Below, piece by piece: positions 19,523 through 28,780 of a stretch of 44,222 nucleotides of DNA. Under the pieces are notes generated by a model. The model made no database searches. It worked only from the letters and a program-made list of their open reading frames with translations, and was not told where the DNA came from. This DNA is from a virus (taxonomy: Duplodnaviria > Caudoviricetes), in IMG/VR virus record IMGVR_UViG_3300027790_000011, positions 1-44,222 of that record, one strand, 5' to 3'. The first letter of the stretch is position 1. Each line of letters begins with the position of its first letter. The translations under genes were made by a program, and so were the position numbers.

Positions 19523-22168
19523 ATGGTTGAGGTTCAGACAGAGCAAGGTGATGTGTTTGAGTTCCAAGACGGAACCCCTGAAACAGAGATAGCTGAAGCA
19601 GTTGATGCGTACTATGCAGAACCAGCAAGGTCGGCTGCGGAAGTACATAAAACGTTCGGTGATCAGGTCTCTGATATCGTCCTAGAGGGTATGTCCTCCA
19701 TGAACAGGGGAGCTTTGTCTCTGTTCGATATACCACCTACATTGTTTAATGCTTTTTCAGATCTGGCTGGGAGTGATGTACGTGCGAGTAAGGTCACGGA
19801 GCTTCCGGGTATCAGGGAAGGTACGCAGGGGGGCTTTATGGAGGGTGGCACTGCTAGGGGAGCTGTCAGGATTGCAGGGGAAGTGTTAGGTGGCACAGCG
19901 TCCGCTGTTTCTGGCTTAGCAGCTAACGCTAACCGAGTGGCTAACACATCCCGGCAGGTGTTATCCCCCGCAGTGCGGGCCTTGCCATCTGGAAGTAAAA
20001 GCGCTGGCTTATCTCAGACAGAATCATTGCTACTAGACCCAAGTAAGGTGCTGGCGCGTGAGGCTCAGTCAGGTGCGTTGTTTGCAGCAGGCGCAGGTGG
20101 CGCATCACTGGTATCGGAAAACGATCCTGTGGCGGAGATAGCTGGCGGGCTACTGGCCGCAAGCCGAGGCGCGCCAGTCAGACTAGGCTCAAGTTTTGCA
20201 CGTGGCATTGGGCAAGCAGGTAAGCAGGCTTTTTCTAAGAAAGCTGCAAGGGATAGGGCGGTGATGTTCTTGAAGCAACACGCAGAAGATCCAGACCAGG
20301 CGATTAAGAACTTACGTCGTAGCCTATCCGCTAAGAAAACAGGAACCCTTGCGCAGCTCAGTGGCGATGAAGGTATTGCTGCTGTGGAGAACCGGCTTAT
20401 ATCATCGGCCCCGTCTGATATAGGGGCGAGGATAAGGATAAGCGATGATGCTGTAATGGATGACATTGTACGCGCTTATGACGATGTTGCAAACATTGGC
20501 AAGCAGGGGGAGGCGTCAGATTTCCTGAAGGCTCGGGTAAATAACAGCCTGCTAAAAATTAACAAAGTTGTGCAGAACGCCACTGATGAAGCTGCGTCTG
20601 TTTTGGAGAGAGCAGGGACGCCTCTTGAGACACCAGACGCTAGTTCCCGTCTGTTTGGGAAGATAGACGATGCGTTAACTGGAACACGGGCTATAGAGGA
20701 TGAGGCTTGGAGTAAAGTAGCCTCTGATTTGTTGACACCCACGAGTAACGTTAAAAAGGGGGTTCAGAGAGCACTGAACGCTTTAAGTGGGACCGGGCGG
20801 AGGGCAGTATCCCCAAAAATCGCCCGAGAATTAAAGCTTGTGGACTCGTTAGCGGATAACGTCCACCCGAAGGAGCTAGCTGACCTGCGTGGCGAGATAC
20901 TCTCAGCCAGCAGAGCTGCGCGAGACGCTAACGCAAGCGCTAATGTACTTAAAGTTCTGGATGATATGCAGAAATCTGTTCAAGAAGCACTGGATACCAC
21001 ATCTACTGCGTCATCGTACCGGGCGGCAGCCGCAGTAACTCGAAAAAAGCATGAGTTGTTTAATGACGGCTTGCTTGGGCGTATCAGGCGCGCCAAAGAC
21101 ACAGTCCCAGAGAACATAGGGGATAAGCTCCTGAGGACTGATGGGGTAGGCGGCTCATTAGCTGATGAAGTCACACGTATTGATTCTGAACTACAGGGGG
21201 GCTTAACCCCGGCCCTGGAGGACATGATTCGGGCAAGTTTTGGAAGAACAGTCGGTGAACAGGGTGTACTGAATGCTAATTTATCGCAGAAATTCCTTTC
21301 TCGGCACCAGACGCTACTGAGCCGTTTTCCTAAACTACGGGATGAGCTGGCAGACGCAACGCAGGCGCAGAAGCTTGTGGATCGAGTAACACAAGCAGGT
21401 GCAGCGCGTGCGCGGTATGTACAGAAATCTCGTGCGGCTTTGTACTCCGAGTTCAGCGATCATAAACGCGCTGTGCAGGGTGTATTAAGCACTAAAGACC
21501 CGGTGCGGGCCGTTAACAGCCTTGCAAGATCTGCTAGTAGAGACCCTACGGGGGGAGCAGCGCTTGGGCTAAAGCGGGATTTTGTAGAAAGTGTAATGGA
21601 GCGTATCCTTATCCCTACAGCTAAAGGTATCAAACCAACATCAAGCTACAAAAAAGAGTGGGGCAAATTACACAAAGTTCTATCTGAGACCGATCTCTTC
21701 TCAGAGAATGAGGTCAAGGCGCTTGACGGTATCGTTAAAGATATTGACAGATTGTTGATACGCAACCGTGTGCCGGGTATTAAAGAGAACCTGCAAGAGG
21801 ACGTTATAGCTCTCGCTCTTGGTCAAATCACAGGTGCAAGGATAGGCGCTAAGTTTGGTACTACGCCGTTGATTGCGGCTGGGCTAGGTCGGAAATTTGC
21901 CCAGAAGGTTCTGCAAAGGATGCCGCGAGATAGGACTATGGGTTTCGTGGAGGACATGATACTGAACCCGCAAAATTTTGATGAGTTTTCACAAGCTGTG
22001 AGCACTGCGAGCAACCAAGACCAGTTACTCAGCGCACTTAATGGTTGGGCATTACATGCGGGTGTGCGCCCTGTGACTGACAGCGAGCTGGCGGAAGTGC
22101 TCTCTGACGAGGTTGAGTTAAGCGTGAGTACAACGTTTGATACTGATACATCAGTCCCAGATCAGTAA
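19523..22168 (+). CDS. Large internal virion / DNA transfer protein (start revised to ATG 19523)
   Basis: FEFQDGTPETEI N-terminal motif; about 880 aa, Ala/Gly-rich; last late gene. Confidence 0.65.
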   Translation: MVEVQTEQGDVFEFQDGTPETEIAEAVDAYYAEPARSAAEVHKTFGDQVSDIVLEGMSSMNRGALSLFDIPPTLFNAFSDLAGSDVRASKVTELPGIREGTQGGFMEGGTARGAVRIAGEVLGGTASAVSGLAANANRVANTSRQVLSPAVRALPSGSKSAGLSQTESLLLDPSKVLAREAQSGALFAAGAGGASLVSENDPVAEIAGGLLAASRGAPVRLGSSFARGIGQAGKQAFSKKAARDRAVMFLKQHAEDPDQAIKNLRRSLSAKKTGTLAQLSGDEGIAAVENRLISSAPSDIGARIRISDDAVMDDIVRAYDDVANIGKQGEASDFLKARVNNSLLKINKVVQNATDEAASVLERAGTPLETPDASSRLFGKIDDALTGTRAIEDEAWSKVASDLLTPTSNVKKGVQRALNALSGTGRRAVSPKIARELKLVDSLADNVHPKELADLRGEILSASRAARDANASANVLKVLDDMQKSVQEALDTTSTASSYRAAAAVTRKKHELFNDGLLGRIRRAKDTVPENIGDKLLRTDGVGGSLADEVTRIDSELQGGLTPALEDMIRASFGRTVGEQGVLNANLSQKFLSRHQTLLSRFPKLRDELADATQAQKLVDRVTQAGAARARYVQKSRAALYSEFSDHKRAVQGVLSTKDPVRAVNSLARSASRDPTGGAALGLKRDFVESVMERILIPTAKGIKPTSSYKKEWGKLHKVLSETDLFSENEVKALDGIVKDIDRLLIRNRVPGIKENLQEDVIALALGQITGARIGAKFGTTPLIAAGLGRKFAQKVLQRMPRDRTMGFVEDMILNPQNFDEFSQAVSTASNQDQLLSALNGWALHAGVRPVTDSELAEVLSDEVELSVSTTFDTDTSVPDQ

Positions 22169-22226
22169 TAAAAGCACGCTGTAGTACAATCCCGCAGTTA
22201 CGCAACAAGACACTAACTCTATGAAC

Positions 22227-22388
22227 TCAGCCACATTCGCCCTCAGTTTCAGTCAGGAAGCGTTGGACGATCTCGTCGTCAGTATCATATGTGAATTCTT
22301 CGCTATCAAGCTCTAGCTTTTCACGTATGAACTGACAGAACTCGATCAGCAGGTCGTAATGTTCCGGGCCGGTGAATGTGCGCGGCAT
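22227..22388 (-). CDS. 53-aa acidic hypothetical protein (not in the ORF track)
   Basis: GGGGAAG RBS; MPRTFTGPEHYDLL...EGECG*. Confidence 0.5.
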   Translation of the reverse strand: MPRTFTGPEHYDLLIEFCQFIREKLELDSEEFTYDTDDEIVQRFLTETEGECG

Positions 22389-22396
22389 GCTTCCCC

Positions 22397-22681
22397 CTAG
22401 TGTGTCCTGTTACCCGCCGATTCTCGCTCTATGCAATCGCCCGCAGCGGTGCGCAGCGCTCTAGCGCAGATATACATCTGTGATATCGCTTCCGCATCCC
22501 AACCACCTGATAACTTGTACACAGCGATCATCTTAGCCAAGCTCTGGTAGTGCGCCCTGAGTTCTTCTTCAAGAGCATCAGTGCTCTGTATCAGATTATC
22601 TGCGAACGCATAAACAGTCTCCGCTGCGTCAGCAGGGCTTAGCTCTCGGTCCTCAGCCTGGTATTTATCTTCGTCAGCCAT
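22397..22681 (-). CDS. Hypothetical protein
   Basis: GGAGG RBS; downstream of nrdA. Confidence 0.6.
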   Translation of the reverse strand: MADEDKYQAEDRELSPADAAETVYAFADNLIQSTDALEEELRAHYQSLAKMIAVYKLSGGWDAEAISQMYICARALRTAAGDCIERESAGNRTH

Positions 22682-22689
22682 ACTTCCTC

Positions 22690-24384
22690 CTAAGATTCAC
22701 AGACCGTGCAGCCCTTGCTGGCTTGCACGCCTGATTGTGTTCGTAGATAATACAATGATTTAATCTTCGGGTCAAGGAAAGCTTGCTTGTGTACCTGCGC
22801 TATGTATTCCTCTGACTCGTCCGCTGCGAAGAACAGGTTCAGCGATTGGGACTGATCCACGAAGCTTTGCCGTGCGCTAGCCAGGTTCAGAAGCGCCTCT
22901 TGTGGTATCTCGAATGCTGTCCTGAGCACCAGTTTCTCTCGGTCAGATAAGAAATCTAAGCTGCGTACCGACCCAGAATCATGCTGGACTTGCAGCAGGA
23001 TATCTCTGTTGAACTTTTTGTGGTCTTTCAGGATCTGGACAAACAGGGGGTTGATCCTGAGCAATGATCCTGATGCGCCACCCTCAGTGTACACGTTACC
23101 ATACCACGGTTGTATACCCTGTGACTCTGACCCGAATATCAGGCTGGATGTTACGTTAGGCGCGCAGGCTGTGCGGTGTGTGTTCCGCACGTTGTAGCCT
23201 TTACACCATTCAGGTTCACCCAGTGTCTCTGCCATGTCGTATGTTGCACGCCCTGTCTCGAGCTGCATGTATCGGAATATCTCCGAGTTCAGGTAATGCG
23301 CTTCCATGCTATCCAGCGGCAGGTACTTGCTTTGCACTAGCGTGTGGAAGCCGGATAAGCCTAGCCCAAGCGCTCTGCTTTTCTCAGTCCCATGTATAAC
23401 CGCCTCTAACCCAGGGATATCCCGCGCTTTGTCCAGGAAGTACGATGTAACACAATCCAGGAACCATGTCATGCAGTACACAGCACCTGTACCTTTCCAC
23501 TGATCATATGTGCTGGCACACATCCCTGATAATACGCAAGTGAAGGTGTGCTCTGGGTCTGCGTGTAACGTGATTTCAGAGCAAAGGTTAGAAGCTTGGC
23601 TCCTGAGTCCCAGGTCGTGGTACATCTGCGGCTGTGCGCGGTGTACTTTGTCTGTGAAGTAAAAGTACCCCTTGCCAGTAAGACACTTCGTGTAAAGTGC
23701 TTTCTGGAACAAATGTTCAGCTTCTTGGTCACCGCTCTCTAAGCGCTGAGTGAACTGGTCTGATACACACCAGCCGAGATTGCCCTTGTTCGGATCACGT
23801 TTGATGTACTCCATCAGCTCAATAGCATCTGGGTGATCAATGGGCAGGTACCCCGCCCAAGCCCCCCTGCGCCGAGAGCCTTGACTAACTTTCTCTGCCA
23901 TGACACAGAAATCATCAAACACCGGGACAGCACCATCGGCGGTACCACCTGTGCTGATTTCAGCCCCCCTGTGCCGCACTGCACCCAGGTATGCGCTGGT
24001 GCCAAACCCCTGCTGGGACAGCAAGCTAGCCTCTAGTCTGGCTGTGCCAAAGCCATGTATCGAGTCTTGGACATACCCGCCTGAGCAGCTAACAGGGCAA
24101 CCGTGCTCGCCCACATTACCCAGAACTGGTGTGGCCAAGTAAGCGTGGTTGTTCATTATTAACTGAATCCAGGTATCACGCATCTGGTACCTGTGTGACT
24201 TAGGCAGGTACTTAGATAAGGTGTAACAGATTTTCTTTATCTGCTCTTTGAACGTGTCCTCATTCTGGTACTTCTGACTGTACGCCTGCCATCCCTGGGT
24301 TGTGAACCATTCTGGTAGGTCACCGTCCGCTTGCAGCTTCTTACGCTGCTCAGACATCTCCTCGAACAAATCATCGCCTTTCAT
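22690..24384 (-). CDS. nrdA: Class I ribonucleotide reductase alpha subunit (no ATP cone)
   Basis: PVSCS, SNLCSEI, RALGLG, SQSLNLF, SLYY and C-terminal CTVCES motifs. Confidence 0.95.
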   Translation of the reverse strand: MKGDDLFEEMSEQRKKLQADGDLPEWFTTQGWQAYSQKYQNEDTFKEQIKKICYTLSKYLPKSHRYQMRDTWIQLIMNNHAYLATPVLGNVGEHGCPVSCSGGYVQDSIHGFGTARLEASLLSQQGFGTSAYLGAVRHRGAEISTGGTADGAVPVFDDFCVMAEKVSQGSRRRGAWAGYLPIDHPDAIELMEYIKRDPNKGNLGWCVSDQFTQRLESGDQEAEHLFQKALYTKCLTGKGYFYFTDKVHRAQPQMYHDLGLRSQASNLCSEITLHADPEHTFTCVLSGMCASTYDQWKGTGAVYCMTWFLDCVTSYFLDKARDIPGLEAVIHGTEKSRALGLGLSGFHTLVQSKYLPLDSMEAHYLNSEIFRYMQLETGRATYDMAETLGEPEWCKGYNVRNTHRTACAPNVTSSLIFGSESQGIQPWYGNVYTEGGASGSLLRINPLFVQILKDHKKFNRDILLQVQHDSGSVRSLDFLSDREKLVLRTAFEIPQEALLNLASARQSFVDQSQSLNLFFAADESEEYIAQVHKQAFLDPKIKSLYYLRTQSGVQASKGCTVCES

Positions 24385-24749
24385 TTTACATCCTTAGCAG
24401 CAGGAACCCACAGCTTGTCCTCGGGTATACGTGTGGCGTATTCCCACCCTATACCCCTGATTGATATATAGTGACCAAGCCCCTCTGAATACCTAACCAC
24501 GTCAACCGGGTCGCGAGTCCCCGGCGCCCTATCCGCATCACTCACGTAGCAAGGCACGTACCTGTTACTGGGTATACCCCCAGACCGAATCACTTCGGTA
24601 TTGTGTGGTGGGGGATCCAAATTCCATACAGCTCGCATAGGGCCATCTTCTTTGGTAACTAAACGGATTACTATCTCTAACGGTGTATTGATCTTAATTT
24701 CTTTTACAGATACGTCTGTGTCTGCCATGCTGTTCTCCTGACCACTCAA
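24381..24749 (-). CDS. Hypothetical protein inserted between nrdB and nrdA
   Basis: ORF overlapping the nrdA start; likely start MADTD after AGGAG. Confidence 0.55.
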   Translation of the reverse strand: MSGQENSMADTDVSVKEIKINTPLEIVIRLVTKEDGPMRAVWNLDPPPHNTEVIRSGGIPSNRYVPCYVSDADRAPGTRDPVDVVRYSEGLGHYISIRGIGWEYATRIPEDKLWVPAAKDVK

Positions 24750-24759
24750 TCGTTAGTGT

Positions 24760-25761
24760 TTAACCCAAGCTGCCAGCGGTAGCCCAAGTGAATTTACTCT
24801 CAGACCAGTTCCTATTATACCCAGAGCCAACCTTGTAAAAGAAATCATGCTGAGCATCACCACCAATCATAGGGTAGAACCAGTCAGCGATTGGGTTGTA
24901 CTTAGGTTTGTAGCTGTTCTGAACCTCAAGGTTATCAAGGCAGATATTAAGCCTGTGCTCCACGAAGTGCCGCATTTGAGTAGCGCTGCATCCGGCGATT
25001 GTCCCCTCAGAGAACACGAGGTTAATGATCTCTGACTCATGCTGGAGGATAGTGTCAGCTATAACTAGCAAGTACTGGTTAAGCTCAGTTATGTCCTGAT
25101 CTGACAGTGCACCAGCCTGTATCATCTCGTGCTTCAGCGTGCGATAAGCCCAAGCTCCTGATTCAGCGTGTAGGTTCTCGTCTCTGACGCTGAACGCTAG
25201 GCCGGATTGCAGATTCGGGAGCTTGTTCTTGCCATTAGCTTGGAAGTGCATCAGGAATGCAAAGCTTGAGTACAGTACACAGCCCTCAACCAGGCTGAAT
25301 GCTGCAATAGACACCAAGGGGTTCTGGTGCTGTACACACTCCTGAATAAATTTCATCCTGGCCGCGAGTGTTTCGTTATAAATAAACGACTCGTAGAATT
25401 CTGGCGTGTTCAGCCCGAGCAACTCATCGATCCGCATATAAAACGGCGCGTGTACATTCATCTCTATGTTTGCGAATGCTAGTCCCATCCGTTGGAACTC
25501 AAACCGTGGAAAAATCTTCAGGAACCTATCGCCCCAGTAACCGACACCGGCGTGTAACTCATACAACGTGAACAGCTTCAGTGTGCAAAGCACGCCGTGT
25601 TTCTCTGGGTGAGTTAACTCTGTCAGCACGCAACCAAGGTCTTTCTCAACATCCGGTTCGTCTGGTAGCCAGAAAATATCTGCTTGCTTAGCCGCAGCCT
25701 CAGCAGCAGCCGGGTACAGCACTACCGGCAATGCGCTTGGCTGTGTACATTTCACTTTCAT
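24760..25761 (-). CDS. nrdB: Class I ribonucleotide reductase beta subunit
   Basis: FWLPDE, EMNVHAPFY, VEG..LYSSF, RDENLH and DFF...Y motifs. Confidence 0.93.
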   Translation of the reverse strand: MKVKCTQPSALPVVLYPAAAEAAAKQADIFWLPDEPDVEKDLGCVLTELTHPEKHGVLCTLKLFTLYELHAGVGYWGDRFLKIFPRFEFQRMGLAFANIEMNVHAPFYMRIDELLGLNTPEFYESFIYNETLAARMKFIQECVQHQNPLVSIAAFSLVEGCVLYSSFAFLMHFQANGKNKLPNLQSGLAFSVRDENLHAESGAWAYRTLKHEMIQAGALSDQDITELNQYLLVIADTILQHESEIINLVFSEGTIAGCSATQMRHFVEHRLNICLDNLEVQNSYKPKYNPIADWFYPMIGGDAQHDFFYKVGSGYNRNWSESKFTWATAGSLG

Positions 25762-25770
25762 GTGTTCCCC

Positions 25771-26193
25771 TTAATCATCAAGACTGTTCTCATCCAACCT
25801 TAACCCCCGGATGTAATCAGCCAGCTCTTGGTCTGAGCGGGCCTGCTCAAGCAAAGCTATCATCAAGAAGCAGTAATTCCCCAGATCAGATAAGGCATCT
25901 GTCACGGTTTCATCTCTCACAGCAAGATCGCCACGGCTGAACCATGTCCTGATACGTGACCATTTATCCACCATACGGCACAGTAACCCTGTCTCGGGCG
26001 GGATACCAAAATCCTGAACGCTGCGGAAGTTCCCTAGAGGGTCATCACCCGAGGCGTAATCTGCGTTCTTTTGCGCTGAGATCTCTAGTGCGTCCAGGAC
26101 AGCGGTGTAGTACGCCCTGTGGTGGTTCACTGACACGGTGCGTGCCTCCCCATGATCAGGGGTTAACGTGATCTCGCCTGTGATTCTACTCAT
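25771..26193 (-). CDS. DUF1599 / nucleotide-modification-associated domain protein
   Basis: KNADYA...NF...RMVDKWSRI...DALSDLGNY pattern. Confidence 0.65.
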   Translation of the reverse strand: MSRITGEITLTPDHGEARTVSVNHHRAYYTAVLDALEISAQKNADYASGDDPLGNFRSVQDFGIPPETGLLCRMVDKWSRIRTWFSRGDLAVRDETVTDALSDLGNYCFLMIALLEQARSDQELADYIRGLRLDENSLDD

Positions 26194-26225
26194 ACACTCT
26201 CCTAATTAGGGATATCCCGTGCTAA

Positions 26226-26948
26226 TCAGCACTTCACCCGCATGATAACTTTATCCCACCGCCCACGTTTGTTCAGTACCATTGGGTGAGTCACGGGGAA
26301 GCCCCCGTATGAGTTAAACCTGTACTGCTTAGGCCACTGCCACCCACCCCGTAAATCATACAACTTGTTGTAATCTGATAACATAGACACCGGCAAGCCA
26401 ACTGTTTTAAGTTTACGCTGCGGCAGGAAATCGTGGTTGCCTGTTGTTATGACCATCTCGGGGAACATCTGTTCAAGCTCATGGCTGTATTTCTTTGCTT
26501 GCCTGTACTCGCTCTCAGCATCCAGCGCATCAGGTTCGTCTTCATGGTAACTCCCCCTGTGGTGATCGAACAGGTCACCTGTGTTCAGCACCTGTGTGAA
26601 CTTGTATTCGTGGTTCAGGGCTTCAAGGAAGCTGAATGTATCTTTATGATGATACGGCAAGTGCAAGTCAGAGATCACAAGTGTGTTCCCCTGGCTGCCG
26701 CCAAGGATCATACCCAGGCCAAGGATAGGCCGCTTGTACACATTACTTGCTGAGTACCTGGCAGCAGGAGAGTCAGGATCAAGCAAGCAGCCCACGGACA
26801 TGCTCCACCTCAGCGTATTGGTGTCCGCGTACCGTTCTACGCCGAACAGGGAGTGGTGGTGCCCCTGCACAGAATTCATGCTAAGGTTCCGTGCATTAGA
26901 GGCTGTGTTCCCTCCGATACTGTGCGTTAAGAACGTATCATTTTTCAT
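26226..26948 (-). CDS. Calcineurin-like metallophosphoesterase with permuted motif order (start revised to MKNDT, 26948)
   Basis: All five motifs present, in the order TH, GHHH, DLH, GD, GNHD. Confidence 0.8.
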   Translation of the reverse strand: MKNDTFLTHSIGGNTASNARNLSMNSVQGHHHSLFGVERYADTNTLRWSMSVGCLLDPDSPAARYSASNVYKRPILGLGMILGGSQGNTLVISDLHLPYHHKDTFSFLEALNHEYKFTQVLNTGDLFDHHRGSYHEDEPDALDAESEYRQAKKYSHELEQMFPEMVITTGNHDFLPQRKLKTVGLPVSMLSDYNKLYDLRGGWQWPKQYRFNSYGGFPVTHPMVLNKRGRWDKVIMRVKC

Positions 26949-27267
26949 CTGTAGGCTCGGTAGGGGTGCCTTCGCGGTTTGCCCAGTAGTCCCGATACGC
27001 CCGCCATGCTTGCTCTGTGTAGGTGCGAAGGTCAAGTAGCTCGGAGATCATACAATCTATTTTGTTTAACTGGTCGCTCTCTGTCTCCCCGAAATCATCT
27101 AGTATTGCGCGGCCCCGGCAATCTATAAGTTGTATTGTTACTACTGGTGTATCATCGCGGCTATCTGTTAGATAGCCATACCTCGCTGTGTCCAAGGCCA
27201 CCTCTGTAAGGATAGCTGAGTTAGTCCACGTGTCGAGATGCTTCGCTCGCTGTTTGATATATTTCAT
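26938..27267 (-). CDS. Hypothetical protein
   Basis: GGAGG RBS; overlaps both neighbours. Confidence 0.55.
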   Translation of the reverse strand: MKYIKQRAKHLDTWTNSAILTEVALDTARYGYLTDSRDDTPVVTIQLIDCRGRAILDDFGETESDQLNKIDCMISELLDLRTYTEQAWRAYRDYWANREGTPTEPTDEK

Positions 27268-27674
27268 GCTTCCTCCTGCAATGCTTGTATTTTATCCCGG
27301 TACCGTTGCTTCGCCCGTTCTGTCTTCAGGGTGCGCATCCTTGATTTCAGCTTCCTGATTTGTTTCTCGATCTCAGTCCTGTGATTAGGGTGGATCTTGT
27401 ACCCAGAGTAGTCCCGCTGCACGAACTCGGCCAGGTTCAGCATGAATTCATCAGGCGGGATCTTGCTCCGCCTCGCCCATGCCCTGATCCTGCCCTCGAT
27501 CTGGTTACAGTTTCGATGCAGCACAGCACGGCAGTGACCGCTGGCGTGGTCATGATCAAGCGTGGCTTGCTCCTTAGCGATGTACTGCTTGCACAGCGGG
27601 CAGATATTACTCTGCCTGCGTAGCAAGGTACGCCGATACCGCGGAACTTCCTTCGGCTTAAGACGCTCTGTCAT
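27264..27674 (-). CDS. Recombination endonuclease VII-like nuclease
   Basis: CPLC...LDHDH..GHCRAVLHRNCN..EG. Confidence 0.9.
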   Translation of the reverse strand: MTERLKPKEVPRYRRTLLRRQSNICPLCKQYIAKEQATLDHDHASGHCRAVLHRNCNQIEGRIRAWARRSKIPPDEFMLNLAEFVQRDYSGYKIHPNHRTEIEKQIRKLKSRMRTLKTERAKQRYRDKIQALQEEA

Positions 27675-27683
27675 GCCCCGCCA

Positions 27684-28088
27684 TCACCCACCGGGGGGCA
27701 CGTCAGCCAAAACTGCCCGGTGAACAACAGAGCACTTAGGTATTGTCATATACCCACACCACTGCTCAGGGGCATCAACAGCGCTGTTCGCTGGGGAGAG
27801 GTGAGGGACGAGCACTATCACGTCCTGGTCTTCTTTCACTACCCACCCAACCGAAAAGCATTGGTGTGGGTGTAGCTTTATTGTACTAGTCTCAGCCCAA
27901 TCAGCGCCAACCCCGTAAATATCTTTCCACTCTAGGTACACAAGTTGGTAATGACTGACGGGTGATATCCCACCCCGTCTGTAAGCTTTTTCAACCATTT
28001 CATCAATGTAGGTTGCCGTTGGTTCTGTCATTGCTAATCGCCCCCCGCTTTCAGTGGCAACTTTCTTGCGTTGCGTTATTTCATTCAT
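27684..28088 (-). CDS. Hypothetical protein
   Basis: VYLEWKD...CFSVGWVV...IPKCSV phage-type motif. Confidence 0.55.
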   Translation of the reverse strand: MNEITQRKKVATESGGRLAMTEPTATYIDEMVEKAYRRGGISPVSHYQLVYLEWKDIYGVGADWAETSTIKLHPHQCFSVGWVVKEDQDVIVLVPHLSPANSAVDAPEQWCGYMTIPKCSVVHRAVLADVPPGG

Positions 28089-28112
28089 TTCCGCTCTCCG
28101 TTTACCGCGTGG

Positions 28113-28451
28113 TTAGAGGTATTCAAACTCGATCCTGTTCACAGTCGCGTCAGGATTAACTTTGTAGTGGTCAACCAGCATTTGAATGAACTCTGCGGGC
28201 GTCCATTCTGGAAATCCTTCTTTAATCACATCGTCCTGAGTAATTGCGTTCAGCGGTTCCGCCGTAGTGGAAACAATACGCAACATCGCCAGCGGTTTGA
28301 TCTTCTCGCCCTTTTTTAGGCCCATTGCCTTCTCGACCCCGCGCACTTTGTCACCGGGTTTGAGGAACCACCAACCAAAGCGGCGCGTTACAGTCTTGGT
28401 CTGCGCTCTAATCTGGTCAGTGGTCATTGCAAAACTCATGTTTCGTGCCAT
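28113..28451 (-). CDS. ASCH/PUA-like domain protein (cassette ORF); in frame with the upstream ssb fragment
   Basis: NMSFAMT..QI...TKTVTRR.GW..LKPGD...EGF...RIEFEY; own GAGG RBS before ATG 28451. Confidence 0.75.
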   Translation of the reverse strand: MARNMSFAMTTDQIRAQTKTVTRRFGWWFLKPGDKVRGVEKAMGLKKGEKIKPLAMLRIVSTTAEPLNAITQDDVIKEGFPEWTPAEFIQMLVDHYKVNPDATVNRIEFEYL

Positions 28452-28479
28452 ACGTACCTCTAACAAGAAAATTAAGGCG

Positions 28480-28697
28480 GAGCGCAAATACTCGCCCGCA
28501 ATCTCCGCCAGGCGATTAAAAAATATCACCCGGTGCCACTCAGTGCGCTCCTGCGGCTGCCCGGTTTGCTTATCCTTCCAGGTCTCGCTGGTCGCTACCG
28601 AGATATTTGCCACCTGGCCACCGCTCGGCATAAAACGAGTCTCAGGGTCCTGCCCCAGATTGCCGATCAAAATGACTTTGTTGATTCCCCTGGCCAT
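28480..28697 (-). pseudogene. ssb: 5' fragment (about 72 codons) of a bacterial-type ssb
   Basis: [19 protein letters not shown]...TEWHRV...AEIAGEYLR, after which SSB similarity ends abruptly. Confidence 0.85.
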
Positions 28698-28722
28698 ATT
28701 GTTTACCTGTTTATTTTTCCAG

Positions 28723-28780
28723 CACTAACCGGATGCGTTGCGGCAGACCGCTAACGCGGCTGCCGAACTTATTGTTAGGC
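28723..28780 (+). other. attC site 1
   Basis: CACTAAC...GTT(G)CGGCAG(A)CCGC-TAAC-GCGGCTGCCGAAC-TTATT-GTTAGGC. Confidence 0.8.
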
